64,000 nucleotides of DNA from Paramecium tetraurelia (lineage: Eukaryota). Position numbers and translations under genes: made by a program. Location: NCBI GenBank assembly GCA_000165425.1, contig CT868667.1, positions 1 through 64,000 of the forward strand, read 5' to 3'. Each line of letters begins with the position of its first letter. Position 1 is the stretch's first letter. A model generated the notes under the pieces. The model ran no database searches. It was not told the origin of the DNA and saw only the letters and a program-made list of their open reading frames with translations. Shown here in pieces: positions 27,201-42,910 of the stretch.

Positions 27201-29219
27201 AGAATGTAACATATAAAGTTACCATATAAGGATTTCAGGTTTATGTAGAGAGTAGCCTCTTCAATAATTTCAAAGGTCATCTAATGATTCAAGTCTAATG
27301 TTTTGAATGGAGTTGCTAAATGTAATGGAATAGATTTAAAAGGTGAATTGGATCTTGAGTTGAAAATCTCCAAAATTGAAAATCTCAAGTTTGCTTATGC
27401 CAGTATATCCATTTTAAAAGAATGGCATACATCAGCTTTATATTATATAACTTCAAAATCTAAAGTTTTCATCAATTTTAATTCAGGATTTACACGACTG
27501 ACATATATTTTGTTTTGAATTTACTATTCTCCGTAATAGATAGCTATACAAATTGAGACTATTTATTCAGGTAGGTTGAATGAGTAGAATTCATATTTTT
27601 CAACATTTAATTGTGCTAGAGCTTTATAGTTGATGAGGTATTAATCCAAATTGGTTCGAGTGAATTCAGACTTATATTTTATTTAAAGGGAAAATCTCAT
27701 TGAATCCACATAGCTTTGGACGGCGACCATATAGTGAAAATTAAATGATCGGGATTCAAACGATAGTTTAGGTACATCTTATTAGATTTCGGATTAGTTG
27801 AAGAAGAATTTAATTTCATTTTCAGCTTGTATATGATCTGATGAAATTAATGAGGCTTATTCTTGAGTGAATGAACAATTATAATAATTGTCGGGATCAG
27901 CCTGTTGAAGATAGTCAAACTCATCATCAATTATTTTAAGCTCTTCCTCATCCTTAATACATTATTTGCTCAAAATGACGCCATGTCCTTTCGAATATTT
28001 AAAAATCAATTAAATCACTATTTCTACACCCTCTTAAATCATGTAATCTAATAAAAACAAAGCAATCTAATTCTTTGATAAGATACCTTGATAAACATTT
28101 CTAATGACAAGAGCCTCCCTTAAATTGTGATTTATTTTGACTTCAAACTAATATTATGAAAAATTAAAATCCGTGTTGATTGCAATCAAATATTCGTTAG
28201 TGTAAATCATTTTATGAAATGGAATGATAAACTGTTGATATTCTATATCAAATTAAAATTACCATTCAAAATTTGTGTAATTAATAGAGCATCTATCTCC
28301 TATGCATGGTTGCACATAGATTTTGATATTTTAACTTTTGTAATCGACATTAAACATCAATAAATGATCCTATAAATCTTCCACAATCAATTTATAGTAA
28401 TTCACCTTATCCTTCTTTACTTTATCCTCTATTTTCTAATATAATGAGATCCTATGGATACTCTGATAAATTTTCAGTTCAATATAAAAGGATCCCAGAC
28501 CCTTGAATAGAGTTGAAATCACATTTTAAGGATGGGTTTAATTATTCCAACAAAATATGATCAATTACTTATCAATATCATATTGAACGTCAAATTCTTA
28601 CGCAGTGGGAATTGTTTCATTCATGTTGATGTACAAAGACATTATATTATAAGTAGTAATTTAAATTATTAAAAGAGAAACTCTTTCATATTCGATATTT
28701 GTTAAATTCAAACATAATGGTTTTCCTTCTTCCGAAGTTATAGATTTGATCATATTTTCATTACTTAAATATTCATGATGGTTTTGAGTCTAAACATTTA
28801 TTTGGTAATGGCAATTCACTTTGCAATACACTAAAAAATAATAAGTCTTTGATTCAAATGCATTAAATTGGCATAAATTATCTAAACCAAAATTCTTGCA
28901 ATCAGTTACTTGGGGTATCTATCTTTCATATTTAATAAATATGTACATAGATTCTAATTCTGTTTCACTGAAATATAATTGAGTGTTTGTACGCGTATCA
29001 TTCAATTACGTTAAAAAGACAAAAATATCCTTTAGGATCATGTCTTATGAAATTTTGAGTCTAAATTATTGGACTGGGTAACTCAGCCATGAATTTGGCA
29101 CTTCTCTAGTATTTTACCATTTGATATCCTTACCCATTGAATTGATATGATCTATCAATCTCCAACTCAAATGTTTCCCTTGATTTTCCTAAAATCAACA
29201 ATATCAAAATAAAATACAT
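24247..29219 (-). CDS. Large (~1,650 aa) type I membrane protein of unknown function
   Basis: Signal peptide MYFILILLILGKS, long open code-6 frame with at least one short intron (~28065-28086), C-terminal TM (ILIVFVISVLLAFGLFCLWVCM) and TGA at 24247-24249. Confidence 0.75.
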
Positions 29220-29227
29220 TTTTTAAT

Positions 29228-29866
29228 ATGTTTTATAAGGCTGTTTCCGATAAAAAATGCACCCCCTCTCCTTTACGCAAGTGCTCTCAATATCATGTTC
29301 CTAACACTTACTTTTCCAAACAACCTCTAGAGAGATCATTCGAGCCCATCGAAAAACAAAAGACACTAGCTGATGAGCATAACGAAATCCAAAGATTACA
29401 ATAGATTATCGAGCAATTAAAGGATGAAAATGCTTATTTACGTTCTACGTTACAACAATAACATCTATAATTTTAATATGAAACTCAGCAGTTGAATTAG
29501 TATATAGTCAATATGCAATCAGAGTAACAATCACTAAAATTGGCATTGATCGATCCAACTCTCCAAAACAATAAGATGATCTAATATATTGAGGACTTGT
29601 CAGCCTAGCATCGAAATCTCCAAGTTCTATATCAAGATGCCTGCCTACAATTGTAATAGGCAGAGATCTATTCCAATTAAATTATGCTACTTCAGAAAGA
29701 ATTGAAAGGCAAGGAGGATGAAATTGAAATACTTAAAAATGAATTGTAAATTACTACCAAAACAAACACGGAATAATCAGAAAATCAAATAATTTATGAC
29801 TTTCTAAAAAACATTAAAAAATAATATAATGATGATGAATGTAGATCAGTACATTTATATGATTGA
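29228..29866 (+). CDS. Coiled-coil hypothetical protein (212 aa)
   Basis: Uninterrupted 639-nt code-6 ORF, MFYKAVSDKKCTPSPLRK...HLYD, with heptad-rich Q/E/L/K composition. Confidence 0.75.
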
Positions 29867-29922
29867 TAATTATAAATATATTAATTCTAATAAAAGAGAA
29901 GTAGAAATATAAAAAACAATTT

Positions 29923-30387
29923 TCAATTTTGCTTGCATCTACAAACTGGACAAGAATTGTTCATTCTTAACCATTTTGCAATACAATCCTCATGGAAACC
30001 ATGGTTACAATTCATCATAGCGATCTACTCTCCATTTCTGAAATCATCTTAACAGATGTAACAAGTCTTCTCCTATTCACCTTAATGAGTCTATCTCTTC
30101 ATATTTCTTATTTGATCTTCAGTGGCTCCAGCATTTTAATGTTAATTCTCATCATCATTAAAAAATATGATGTGATAAAACACTCTCTGCATTCTGAGTG
30201 GTTATTAATAGATTTAGTATTGTTTTGGGTGATTTTATTTGGTAACTATTTGTTCCAAGACACATCCACAATTCTAACAGAATTATTCTGAATTCAGTTA
30301 TTCTCCTTCCAAACGATAATGTTATTCGCTCTAACATAAATGGCACCAATAGTTTTTGAAAGCAACTTGATATTAGCTCTAATTCAT
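29923..30387 (-). CDS. RING-H2 E3 ubiquitin ligase (RNF126/RNF115-like architecture)
   Basis: N-terminal zinc ribbon YWCHLC...FCQNCG and C-terminal CYICQDDF...[26 protein letters not shown]. 154 aa. Confidence 0.9.
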
Positions 30388-31255
30388 TTCTTTTTATTTT
30401 AATAAATCTATGAGATTGTCTTCATCTCTTTTTGAAATAACTTTTAGTAATTTCTAGAAATAGAACAATCTTTATAATTCTAGAAATTTTAAGAAATTAA
30501 TATAATATTTTAAATTATAAATTTATTAATATTCTAATAATTATTATCCTTTTATAATATCAAGAATAATTAATTTTATGATATCATAAACCAATTATAT
30601 GTGATATGCTAATCAAACTAGATTTCGAATGAGGCATAACTCTTTTATATAAATTGAATCTCATAATCTCTGGTATTTTCAGATCAATCAACCAAAGAAT
30701 AAGAAGAAACAAGGTTTATATCAGTTGTTAAAAAAGGTTTCAAGTACAAAATCTGGATATTCTTTAATTAACTAAACCTTATATTCAGGTTAAATAATTA
30801 ATATTAATTTTTGTAAGAAATAAATTCTATTAAATTTATTATAATATCGTATTATATAAAATTAGTGAACTCACTTAAGAATATCCTGTTTGTATCATGA
30901 TCATTTAGAATGATCCTCAAATTTAGATAAACTCTTAGAGACTCAAAAATTATACTTGAAATTATTCAAATTTGGATGATCTTGAATTGATAATCATTTA
31001 CACATACTATCAAAGAGATTTACTTGTATACCTTTGTCGAATACATCCAAAGTTAGAGATTTCAATATCAAGAAGTGTTAACAGTTAATATAATATTATA
31101 TGATACATAATTAATATATATCAATCTCATAAGATGCTTGAAGCAGCTCTTAAAGATTTATTTATATACAAAGCATTAACAAATATTATATTAGCAGACA
31201 AACTACGACTACATTCTTATTAGCATTTATATATATATATATATATAGATTAATA

Positions 31256-32834
31256 TCAAACATAAAATTTTTAATTGAAAATTTATTAGCATTTTTTGTA
31301 CATTTTTTGGTTGTACTTTTAGCAATCTTCCAATTTATTCAATTATTCCTAGATTCCTAAACTATTGTAATCGCTCACGTAATTTGAATTGTAATTTAAG
31401 ATTGTTGCCAATTGACTTGTGAGTTCTGTTACTTTCTATTACAATTCTTAGATTATTTCAAAGTATAATTGCTTTTCGTGCTTCCATTCCTTCAAATTGG
31501 AATTTTGAGAATTAACTCTGTGAAGCTATTCATTTTGTTTTTATAGGATTTGCATTTAACCCTACAATACTGCTATAGTTTAGGCATAATTCATTAATGA
31601 TTTTTAATAATCATCTCGAATAATCTAGACTTGATGTTTGATTTCTAAATTCAATTTAGTGGAATAAGATTACTTCATCTCCTTCTCAAATTCAATGCAA
31701 GATTATCTCCACTTATACTCTTATTATTATATCAATTCATTTAATTTCTTATTTTCTTCATTTTTTAATTCAAATTATTTGTTCAGATCTGCAATAATTT
31801 GAATTTGATCTTGATTCTTTTTAGTTATGATATAGCTGTGCTCCTTCTATTATGATTGCAAATAGCATATTTCTTATTCCAACTTGATGATGATTTCATT
31901 CTGCTATTTGTACTATTGTTGCAATTGTATCTGCTCATTCAAACGCTGTTGCAGCATGAGATTCAAGTTCTCATTCTCCTTCAATACGATGTTAATTTTA
32001 TCCGACCATGCTTTTTCAACTATTTGCAATCTCTCCAATTCGAAGCATTTCAACAAATACTTCTATGACAATTAGAGGAATTGTTCTTTGAATATCTTGT
32101 TGGCCTATTAGGATTCAATCAATTATTAATTAGTGATGGATTTCTATTCAATATTCAATTCTTCTCTCTCATTGAGTATTTGTTGCAATTCTAAGATTTG
32201 CTATGATTGTTAATTATTGACTTTTTTGTATTACAAAACAGTTTGTTAGAGTGATTGTGTTTCTCTTTATAATGATTATAATAATACAGTCTGATTGTTG
32301 GTTTCATAAGCAATCTTAGCTTTCTCCAACTCCTACATTAATTGCTCATTGATGAGTATGAGTTTTTGATTCTCATCTATCAGAATAGTAACCTTGTTTT
32401 ATAAATTAATTAGAGTATGTTGTTCTTTAGAGTTTTTTTAATTGAAATCCGAGACTTACTAGACTTACTCATGCTGATTGATGGAGACGAACTTATTCTC
32501 CTTAGTTTCCGAGACTATCTTCTTGTTGACAGTGTCAATGATGGATTGATTGTGGGATAATTACCTTGTGATGGTGGGTCGATTGGATTGCATTGAGAAG
32601 GAGCGCTATTTGGAATTCTCACTGCTGACAGACACTAGATTCGTAATAGAATGAGTTACATTGTAATTCAGAGTTGCATTCTGAGTGCAATCTTTTGGAC
32701 CCACTTGATTTGATGGCTGATGACTTGATTCCCGAATTTAGGTTGACTGATCTGATAACACCCTGTGATTGTAGAGAGTTGAATATGGATTGGGGGGATT
32801 GTTTGTAATCTGAGATTGAAATACTCTGCAACAT
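31256..32834 (-). CDS. Long coiled-coil hypothetical protein
   Basis: S-rich N-terminus, 25-nt intron near 32636-32660, long Q/E/K/L heptad region and TGA at 31256-31258. Confidence 0.75.
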
Positions 32835-32867
32835 GTTTCAAATTTAAATTAATATATAATAATAAAA

Positions 32868-33219
32868 ATGTTAAGAACATTTAAGTTTTGCACAGAATTC
32901 ACTACCACTCAATTCCTGAAACTGAGCAATCTCTAACTAAGCGTAATAATAATAAATGATAAGTTAAAAGTCATTGAATGACAAGATTGAGAATTTCGAG
33001 AATGTAGAAACCTCTTTTTCAGATGGCGTACTCAACGTACATCTGCCCAATGGGAAGTCCTTTGTGATTAACAGACAGACTCCCAACAAATAGTTGTGGT
33101 ACTCATCTCCGATCAGCGGTCCTCAAAGATTCAATTACGTCAATGGGAAATGGGTCAATTCAAAATAGGAAGAAATAGAGAAGTAGTTATTGAATGAAAT
33201 TAATTTATTAATATAATGA
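32868..33219 (+). CDS. FXN: Frataxin (CyaY family)
   Basis: [40 protein letters not shown] is the frataxin signature. One 28-nt intron. Confidence 0.92.
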
Positions 33220-33240
33220 TGATTACATAAAATTTGGATA

Positions 33241-34269
33241 TCAAAGATTCAGGATTGTTTGTAGTACTTCACGAATGGGCTTCGACCTTGGTCTAATGCC
33301 TTGAACTAATTCGATGGCCTACTCGAGAGAGTAATGCAAATCCTGAACCAGGTAGAGTATGATAGTTTGAACACTCCTTTGAATCCCATCAGTACAATGA
33401 ACATACACGCATTTCCCTTGATCCAACAGTTTCTTGAGGATCTAGTAAGCGTGAAGTCCATATTAGAGATAGGATCTCTTATTACAATCTTTTATGGGAC
33501 ATTGTAGATAGGTGATACCTAAGGATTGACTTTGAGATTTGAGTTCATCAAAATAATCTTCAGGCAGATCCTTATTAATAAGATCTTCAACGGTCTGTAA
33601 GTTGAGTATGGCATTTACACCCAAATCTTATAGAATGCGGATTTCACTATATATATTACAATATTAATTACTCTATATAAATAAATGAACCAACGTATAG
33701 GTTTCCAAAAATACGATTACAGTTAAGGTTGAAATCCACACTGGGGTCAGTGACATGAATGACATTATTGATAATAGGGTGAGAATGGATCATACGCACA
33801 CCACTTCTTTCCCACTTTTCGTTGGATTGGTATTTATAAGCCAATTAATGAATAGATTTATTCGGGACCTGAAAAGTAGATGTGCATTCTCCCTCAATTC
33901 TATTGAGTGGGATCTTATGTCTCTTCCAGTTTAGGTGTAGAAATTAAGAGTTAAGTTGGAATCAGGATAATTCATGAGTTTGAGAGTAATGCGAAGATGA
34001 CCCCAAATGTCCTGGACGTCTTGATGAGAATTGAACACTCTGGTGACTCCATCTTCCCATTCTATTATCTGTCTGCTGACTTACTTAACGACTACATAAC
34101 GATAGTTCATAGGTAGACAACAGGAGTCCAGTGTGACAGTCCAAATATCATCTTAATTCCATTGCATTTAAATTCCATTCTACACATTCCATTATATCTT
34201 GTGACAATCTCCCACAATTAAAATCACCTCTCCATAATTGACATGCTTCTGAACAGAAATGCAACTCAT
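33241..34269 (-). CDS. Laforin-like glucan phosphatase (CBM20 plus dual-specificity phosphatase)
   Basis: CBM20: HVNYGEVILIVGD..WNVQNGIQMQWNQDDIW..YRYV..IEWEDG. DSP: NLYVGS, GVNAILNLQT, VYVHCTDGIQRS. Confidence 0.85.
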
Positions 34270-34315
34270 TAAAATAATTAATAATCTTTCGAATCAATAT
34301 ATGTGTTTTTAATAC

Positions 34316-36418
<2,103 letters not shown>

Positions 36419-37099
36419 TTTTATAATATTTTAATATTAATGACACAAAAATCAAATGATTCACATTCCTCATTTTAAGATAATCAAGATCCCACTTTTG
36501 ATATGCATAACAATATTCCAAAAATATCCTTGATAATTTAGATAAGTAACATAATATGGATACTATATTAGTGTAATCAGTTTCAATTGATTTGTCTACT
36601 ACTTCATAATCATAAATGTATGTATAAAAAAGAAATAAGGAAACTATGGATTCGACTCAATGACCTTGTTTTAAATGATGATTAAAATAGATAGCATTCA
36701 CTTTATTTAATCATCATAACGATGTTCAATGGATTATCATAAGTCAGAATATTATAGAATTACAATTTCATTTAACAATCTTAATTTAGATGATTAACAA
36801 TTGTTGAACTCACAAATTATTATTTTGACTTAATTAATAGTGAATGATTGTCTCAACAAAGAGAAATTAAATTGAATATTCAACTTATTTTTACCTTGAT
36901 TCTATCCCTTCAAGAATTGCATAGGTAGTTCTTAAATACGTTTAACAATAAATGAGTAAATATGGAAAATACCATAAAATAGGTATTTGGTGAACTTTTA
37001 CAAGAGAAGAGAAATAATAAATAATTAGAACTTCTAATTTATTTCTATTGTATTTTTATTAATTTATTTATAATACTGTTTGATTATTCGATCAATAGA

Positions 37100-37618
37100 T
37101 CATTATATCCCAATGTATAATTAAAACTTCAGGTTGCTTTTGTCAAGCTAATCCTCTGGGTACACTTCTAATTCGTAATCATGAGAACGCACTCCTCCGA
37201 AGTCTTCTGGGGTCAATTTGTACAACGACGACCATGCTTCAATTACTACTCCTGGAATAGGACCTGGACCGCAGTCGAATCTACAAAAACGATGAGCTGG
37301 CACTTGCACACTCACCATTCCTTCAGGTACATTTGAGGCATCACTCACGATTTCCCCCAAAACCATTGTGTACTTCATTTCTTACCAATTCTAAACGTTG
37401 GAGTATCCATAATACAAGCAGTAGGTCCTCATAGGGTGTAAACGATTGGGTATCTTGTCGTGGAGCTATTTTCCATAGTATTCTTCATATGTCTTTCCAA
37501 TCTATGCAGTTTGGGGATCAATTTCATCTTTATGAATGATTGCTCTTTCTAGACCTACTAGAGTGAATGAAGGTAATTCAACAGTAGTTCTGGGGTTGGT
37601 TTTGTCTGATTGATCCAT
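37100..37618 (-). CDS. GyrI-like small-molecule-binding domain protein, copy 1
   Basis: Intronless 172 aa: VELPSFTLVGL..IPNR..RTYCLYYGY..YTMVLGEIV..VPEGMVSVQVPA..GPGPIPGVVIEAW..RSHDYELEVY..LYIGI. Confidence 0.85.
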
Positions 37619-37758
37619 TTCAATGCTTCAATTTATTTATATGTTAAATGGGGATAGCAAATCTCCTTATAATCCACCCCATTCAATATATTCTGAACGC
37701 ATTATTAATAAATTCTATATTGATAATGTTCAATAAAAACCATAAATAAAATTCAATT

Positions 37759-38274
37759 TCAAATCTGTTATATTCCAACGTGCAATTCAACTTCCATATT
37801 TCCGATATCATTCTATCCTTCCCGATACAACTCGAATTCGGTTTTGTAGCTTCTCTTGTATCCCCACTCATCCAACTTGATAAGATACAACTTCATCCAT
37901 GTATCCCTTGCAGCCTCTGGGATGGCCCCTGGACCTCCCTTGAACTAAGCATAGGTGGCATCTTGGACCTCAAAAGCTTACAATCCTTCAGGAATCTGGT
38001 CGACTGCGGTGACCAATTCGCCAACCAATATTGATAACGTAAATATCGATTTATCTTAAACATCCTTAAAATCGTAATAAAGACAATAGGTTCTTCCTGG
38101 GATTGCACGATTAGGGATTGTTTCTGCGATCTTCTTATCAAAATATTCTTTAAATGTTTTGATATAGACATTTGTCTCAGGATTGGCCTCGCTTGCAAAA
38201 TGCACTCTTCTGCTAATTCCAACGACTGTGAATTTAGGAATATCAACTATAACTTTAGGTGGAACGGGATCCAT
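37759..38274 (-). CDS. GyrI-like small-molecule-binding domain protein, copy 2
   Basis: Intronless 171 aa: VDIPKFTVVGI..IPNRAIPGRTYCLYYDF..ILVGELV..IPEGL..GPGAIP..W..RSYKTEFELY..LHVGI. Collinear with copy 1. Confidence 0.85.
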
Positions 38275-38322
38275 TTGATTAAAATTATATGGGAATGCGA
38301 AAAAATTAAATTTAATTATTCA

Positions 38323-38658
38323 ATGGATTGCTTAGGTAGTCGTCCTTTGAATGATGAAAAGGCGTCATCTGATAGTTTGCGTATGTTATTGGATCAATTG
38401 GGAGAGGGTCAGTTTATTGAGACTATCATCATCTCCACATCTGTTTACAACTGTTGCTACTTTAAGTAGAGAAAGGAGTGGATATTGCAGAAGAGGAGAA
38501 TCACAAAGAGTGTGAATAAGTGGGTCAAGAGTAATTTGGAATCTCGAAATTATATTCACTCATTCTTGGATTCACATCCCGTATCTATCATTTTGTTGAG
38601 ACCTCTTCGAAATTTCAAGCCTTACATCACCTCAACCACACTCACACTGCACTCTTGA
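38323..38658 (+). CDS. Small hypothetical ORF (111 aa), possibly the 5' part of the next gene
   Basis: Open code-6 frame MDCLGSRPLNDEK...TLTLHS with coding-like GC. A possible 20-nt intron at 38581-38600 would change the model. Confidence 0.45.
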
Positions 38659-38736
38659 AAACTGACTTCTTTCCCCAACAGATATTCATGAAATTCGCGG
38701 AGGTCAAACAAGCATAATTAATCAATTTTAGCAACA

Positions 38737-40709
38737 ATGGAAAGTACACTTTTTTTCTTGCAATTGCAATTGTACAAGTTACAAAGTCTGAAACAATTTT
38801 ACAAATTCCAAAAAATCTAAACGATCAAGATATCAAAAATATTTAAGTTTGATCAATTTCAGTTTTATGGTCTGATACACTGGACTTCAACACACAAATA
38901 TGTGGATTTATAAAAATTTATAAATAAATATGGATGGCATATGAAATTCATAGATATAAGCGATAACATGCCTGAACATCATTAGTGTATTTTAGATTTC
39001 AACTCCAATCAAGTATTTCACATCGAAGAACCAACCAAAGAAGACATCTTCCTCATCATTGATCCTCAAGGCAAGGTAATCAGAGCAGAAAGACCTGAAT
39101 TTTACATTCCCAAAAACCTAGATTCAGTCTGTGAAGAATTTGACGATTTTATAGATACACACTCATATTGTTCTCAGAAATTCAAAGCAATCAAGTACAA
39201 GAAGAAATCACTGAAGGAATTACACATCCATTACTCATCATATCAGCAATAATAAACCATAAACATCAAAACCTGCATTAACAAAATATCAAATAATACA
39301 ATGTCAGATATTCTAAACAAGTGAGACTATCAGTTATGTATAATATAAGGATTTTAAATAATTGTTTAAGAGTGCACGTTTGACTTAGATATTATCCAAA
39401 TATCATCCATGTGAACCATTTAAATTTGAACTCATTAAGCAGAACTATTTAATTATGATTTTGATGAACATAGATTTAAAGAGGTCACAAAAACATACTT
39501 GTTGCCTTCCATATTCCCTGCAGCGTCAATTCAAAAATAGAAAATACTGGAAAGTATATTGCTTGCATTATTACAAGATCCTGATTTAAATCTATATTCG
39601 ATAACTCATACGTACTCCTTCAGCAAAATAGATCTTATGGATTTCCTTAAAGATTTCACACCTCGTAGTTCCACTTTAAATTGAAGTTGTTCCTGATTAA
39701 AAGAAGAACCATTGAATGGTAGACATATTGTAAAAGTGCCATCAAAATAATGAGAATCCGCAATCAGGATAAAGTGGAGTGGACCAATCTAATGAGAGAT
39801 TCATTCGTCTTTTGGGACATGTATGAATTGCACAACAAATCCGTTGCCATCAAGAATTTGGATGAGTAAAGGCTATTGAAACAATAATAAGAATAACATA
39901 TCATTTAATTTAAGTAGATCAAAGCTTAGAATCTCTGTGGCAATGGTATGGATTTAATTAAGAAATATATATAGCATGGCATATACTATTAGATATAAAT
40001 AAATGATAAGGTGATGGATTTTAATGAATCCATCAAAATTACAAGTAATACCTTACTCATTGTCTTGTATGACGATTTTGAGAAGCAAATATTCATTATT
40101 CTGAATAAATTGGAGTCCATTGAGGAAGAATTCTAGGAGCCCACCAATATCATTATCATCACCTAATTAGAAAAGCTCAACAATGTAATAAATGAATTCA
40201 TTTCTTAAAGATTTCAAAATTACAAATTTAATTCTGTCATTTCAATCAGGTTTGGAATTAAAACACTGGGTTGTCATTTAAATCAGACATTGTTGAAAAA
40301 TATTTCAATGTAAAGAAATATTATAAGCAATATTAAATGATAGTTTTATGCTGATAAGTATGGTTATCTGATGGCAATTCAATCAAATGATGAATTTATT
40401 GAAAGGCTATGGATAAAAAATCAGAAAGAAATCATAGTAGATTGGTTCATTCAGCAATTTGGGTACTATTATAATTAAATTTATCCTAGAATGACTCAAA
40501 AGAATAATGATTCGGAATGGAAATAAATTAAACAAGAATGTTGTTAATTTAATTAGAAATATGAAGAAATCGTGAGTAGTTATGAAATACCATAATCGAT
40601 GGTAATAACAATAAAATCGATTAAATACTTACTATGGGACAGTCACAATTATAGTTTCTTGGAATAGTCAAATTGTCCAACTATTACTCAAAACCTAAAC
40701 GTAAAGTGA
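38737..40709 (+). CDS. Hypothetical multi-exon protein
   Basis: Long code-6 reading frames interrupted by short GT..AG introns (~39321, ~39612, ~39866). No recognisable motif. Boundaries are approximate. Confidence 0.5.
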
Positions 40710-40779
40710 ATAACTTTGTTAAATATTTTCATCCCAAACATGATTAAATTAATAATTTGAATACCAAACACTTTAAAAA

Positions 40780-42872
40780 TCAATAAAAATCATCATCCTG
40801 CTCAAAAGTATTATTGCTGGCAACAACAGCCTATTATTTATATACATCATATAAAAATTGCGAACTAGTGGCTTCATTAGGTTTCTTGTCCTCCCTCACT
40901 TTAATCAATCTAGGAAATCTCAACCCCACTCCTTTGTTATTTAATTACAAGATAGTGGAACAAGCACTATAGATAGGTGATATCTGAATGTCAGCACTCT
41001 TGATCTCCCACACAACCACAGGACTAAACCAAACATCCATATTCACTCCATCACATTTGTATTCTGATAATGGATGTGGAATCAAGTATTCTTGAAAGAA
41101 TTAAAAGAACTTTTCTAAATTTTCATCGCTGAATCCAGTACCAATCTTACAAGTAGTCTCATATTGATCCATATCTTCATTGTAGCAAGCTAACAAATAA
41201 CTTCCATAAAATCCCTTCCTTTTTCCTGTACCATAACAAGCACCAATAGGTACTAAATCGAATGTATCAGACAATCCATTATCTAAATAATCCTTTTTTA
41301 ATTTCAACCAATTAAATGATCTCTTGGCTGGTTCATATTACGAATTGATCTCTAAAGTCTTGATCATCAAACCTTCGCATCCCATTTTGATTGAATTTAA
41401 TAGAAATTCCTCAATTTCTTCAAAATTTTCTGAATCTCTTGAGGTTGCAAACTTCAACTTTCCTTCCTCCTCTTTGAATGTTTCTCTCAAAGTCTATCTT
41501 CTCTTCTCCAAAGTCTCTTTCAAATAACTCTGCTTATTCAAATACAGCAAATCAAATATGTATAAACAAACTTGAATTTCAATTTGATTCTAATCCACAT
41601 TCTTTTTAGCTCTACTTGTTAGAGTTTGAAATGGTAAGATTCTATTGTTTGCCACATCATAGGCAACAATTTCAGAATCGATAATAAAACCATCCAAATG
41701 TTAATAATGAGTGTGAACATAGTTGACAATATCTGGGTATGTTTGTGTCATGTTTTCTAGATTCCTTGAAAAGATGCTCACTTGCCCATTTTCAAAATGA
41801 ATCTGACCTCTCAACCCATCATATTTATATTCACATGTAAATTTCATATTTTCGAATCTCTAAAAGATCATCTATATAGATTTCATTGGTTTAGCCAACA
41901 TTGGTTTGCATGGCACTCCTGGAATTATGTGACATAATTCAGGAACCTCCTTCAAACTTTGAATGCTGAATAGAGTGTCAATAATCTTCTTGTAATTCGG
42001 ACACTCACACAATGCTTAATTTATTATGCTTTCGTAATCACCCTCCACATTTCCCTTATGATACAATTAGAATGCTCTAGCCAAAGCAGCTTGCATTGTC
42101 TTTTCAGCTGCTCCGATCTTGAGATTCTTCTCTATGAATCGTATGATGTACTTGGCCTCAATGGGTTTAGCCATCCTTAAGAGACCAGTCAGAATTCTCT
42201 CCTTCTCCAATGAACTTCCTGTGCCTTCTTATTTTTGCAATTGTTGGAGAGTGTTGAATACTTAGATCATTGTTAATTTAACTTCCTCCTTGACACTTTG
42301 AGAAACAAAAAATTTATTTAAGGATGTCTATGTTGATTTTGATTTTTCAATGGCCAAACCCAAATCTCCCAATGTGTTCATGAGTTCTCTCACTTATTTT
42401 TCCTTTTCATAGTTATATTTTATATACACTCTTCCCAGACACAGCACTGATAGATTTCACGATGATTCCTTGTCCAATCCCCAATTCCCATGACTCATAA
42501 TCGGGTCCCAACTTCAAAATGCTAAACAAGTATGCCGGCACAAATTCTTCCCTATTTTCTTTCATGATTCTGATGAACAATTTAGCTACTAATTCTTTGA
42601 TGGCATCCTTTGAATTTTAGCCTTTTATCTCTCCAACCTTTAATATTGAAAGTACACTCTACTTGTTCGTATAATTCAGCCATATCGATGAAAAGAACAG
42701 CACCCTTGATTTCCATATTATGCGATTTGGATTTTGAGGCACACACCTTTTATTCAGGCATCAGTTTCTCCTTCTTGAGGTTTTCCTCGATAAATTGTTG
42801 TTCCTTGATCTAATCATTTGAATCATCTCCTTTCTTACTTGATTTGAAGAATGAGGCAATTGTTTTTTGCAT
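40780..42872 (-). CDS. LIG1: DNA ligase I
   Basis: N-terminal PIP box [54 protein letters not shown]. Confidence 0.95.
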
Positions 42873-42910
42873 AAGGCGGGTAATAATTTAATTAATTTAT
42901 AATCATTCAT

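Noticed and set aside
30560..31170. Possible small plus-strand gene
   Set aside because: No consistent start-to-stop model and in-frame TGA.
31228..31247. (TA)n microsatellite
   Set aside because: Ordinary short repeat in a 3' intergenic region.
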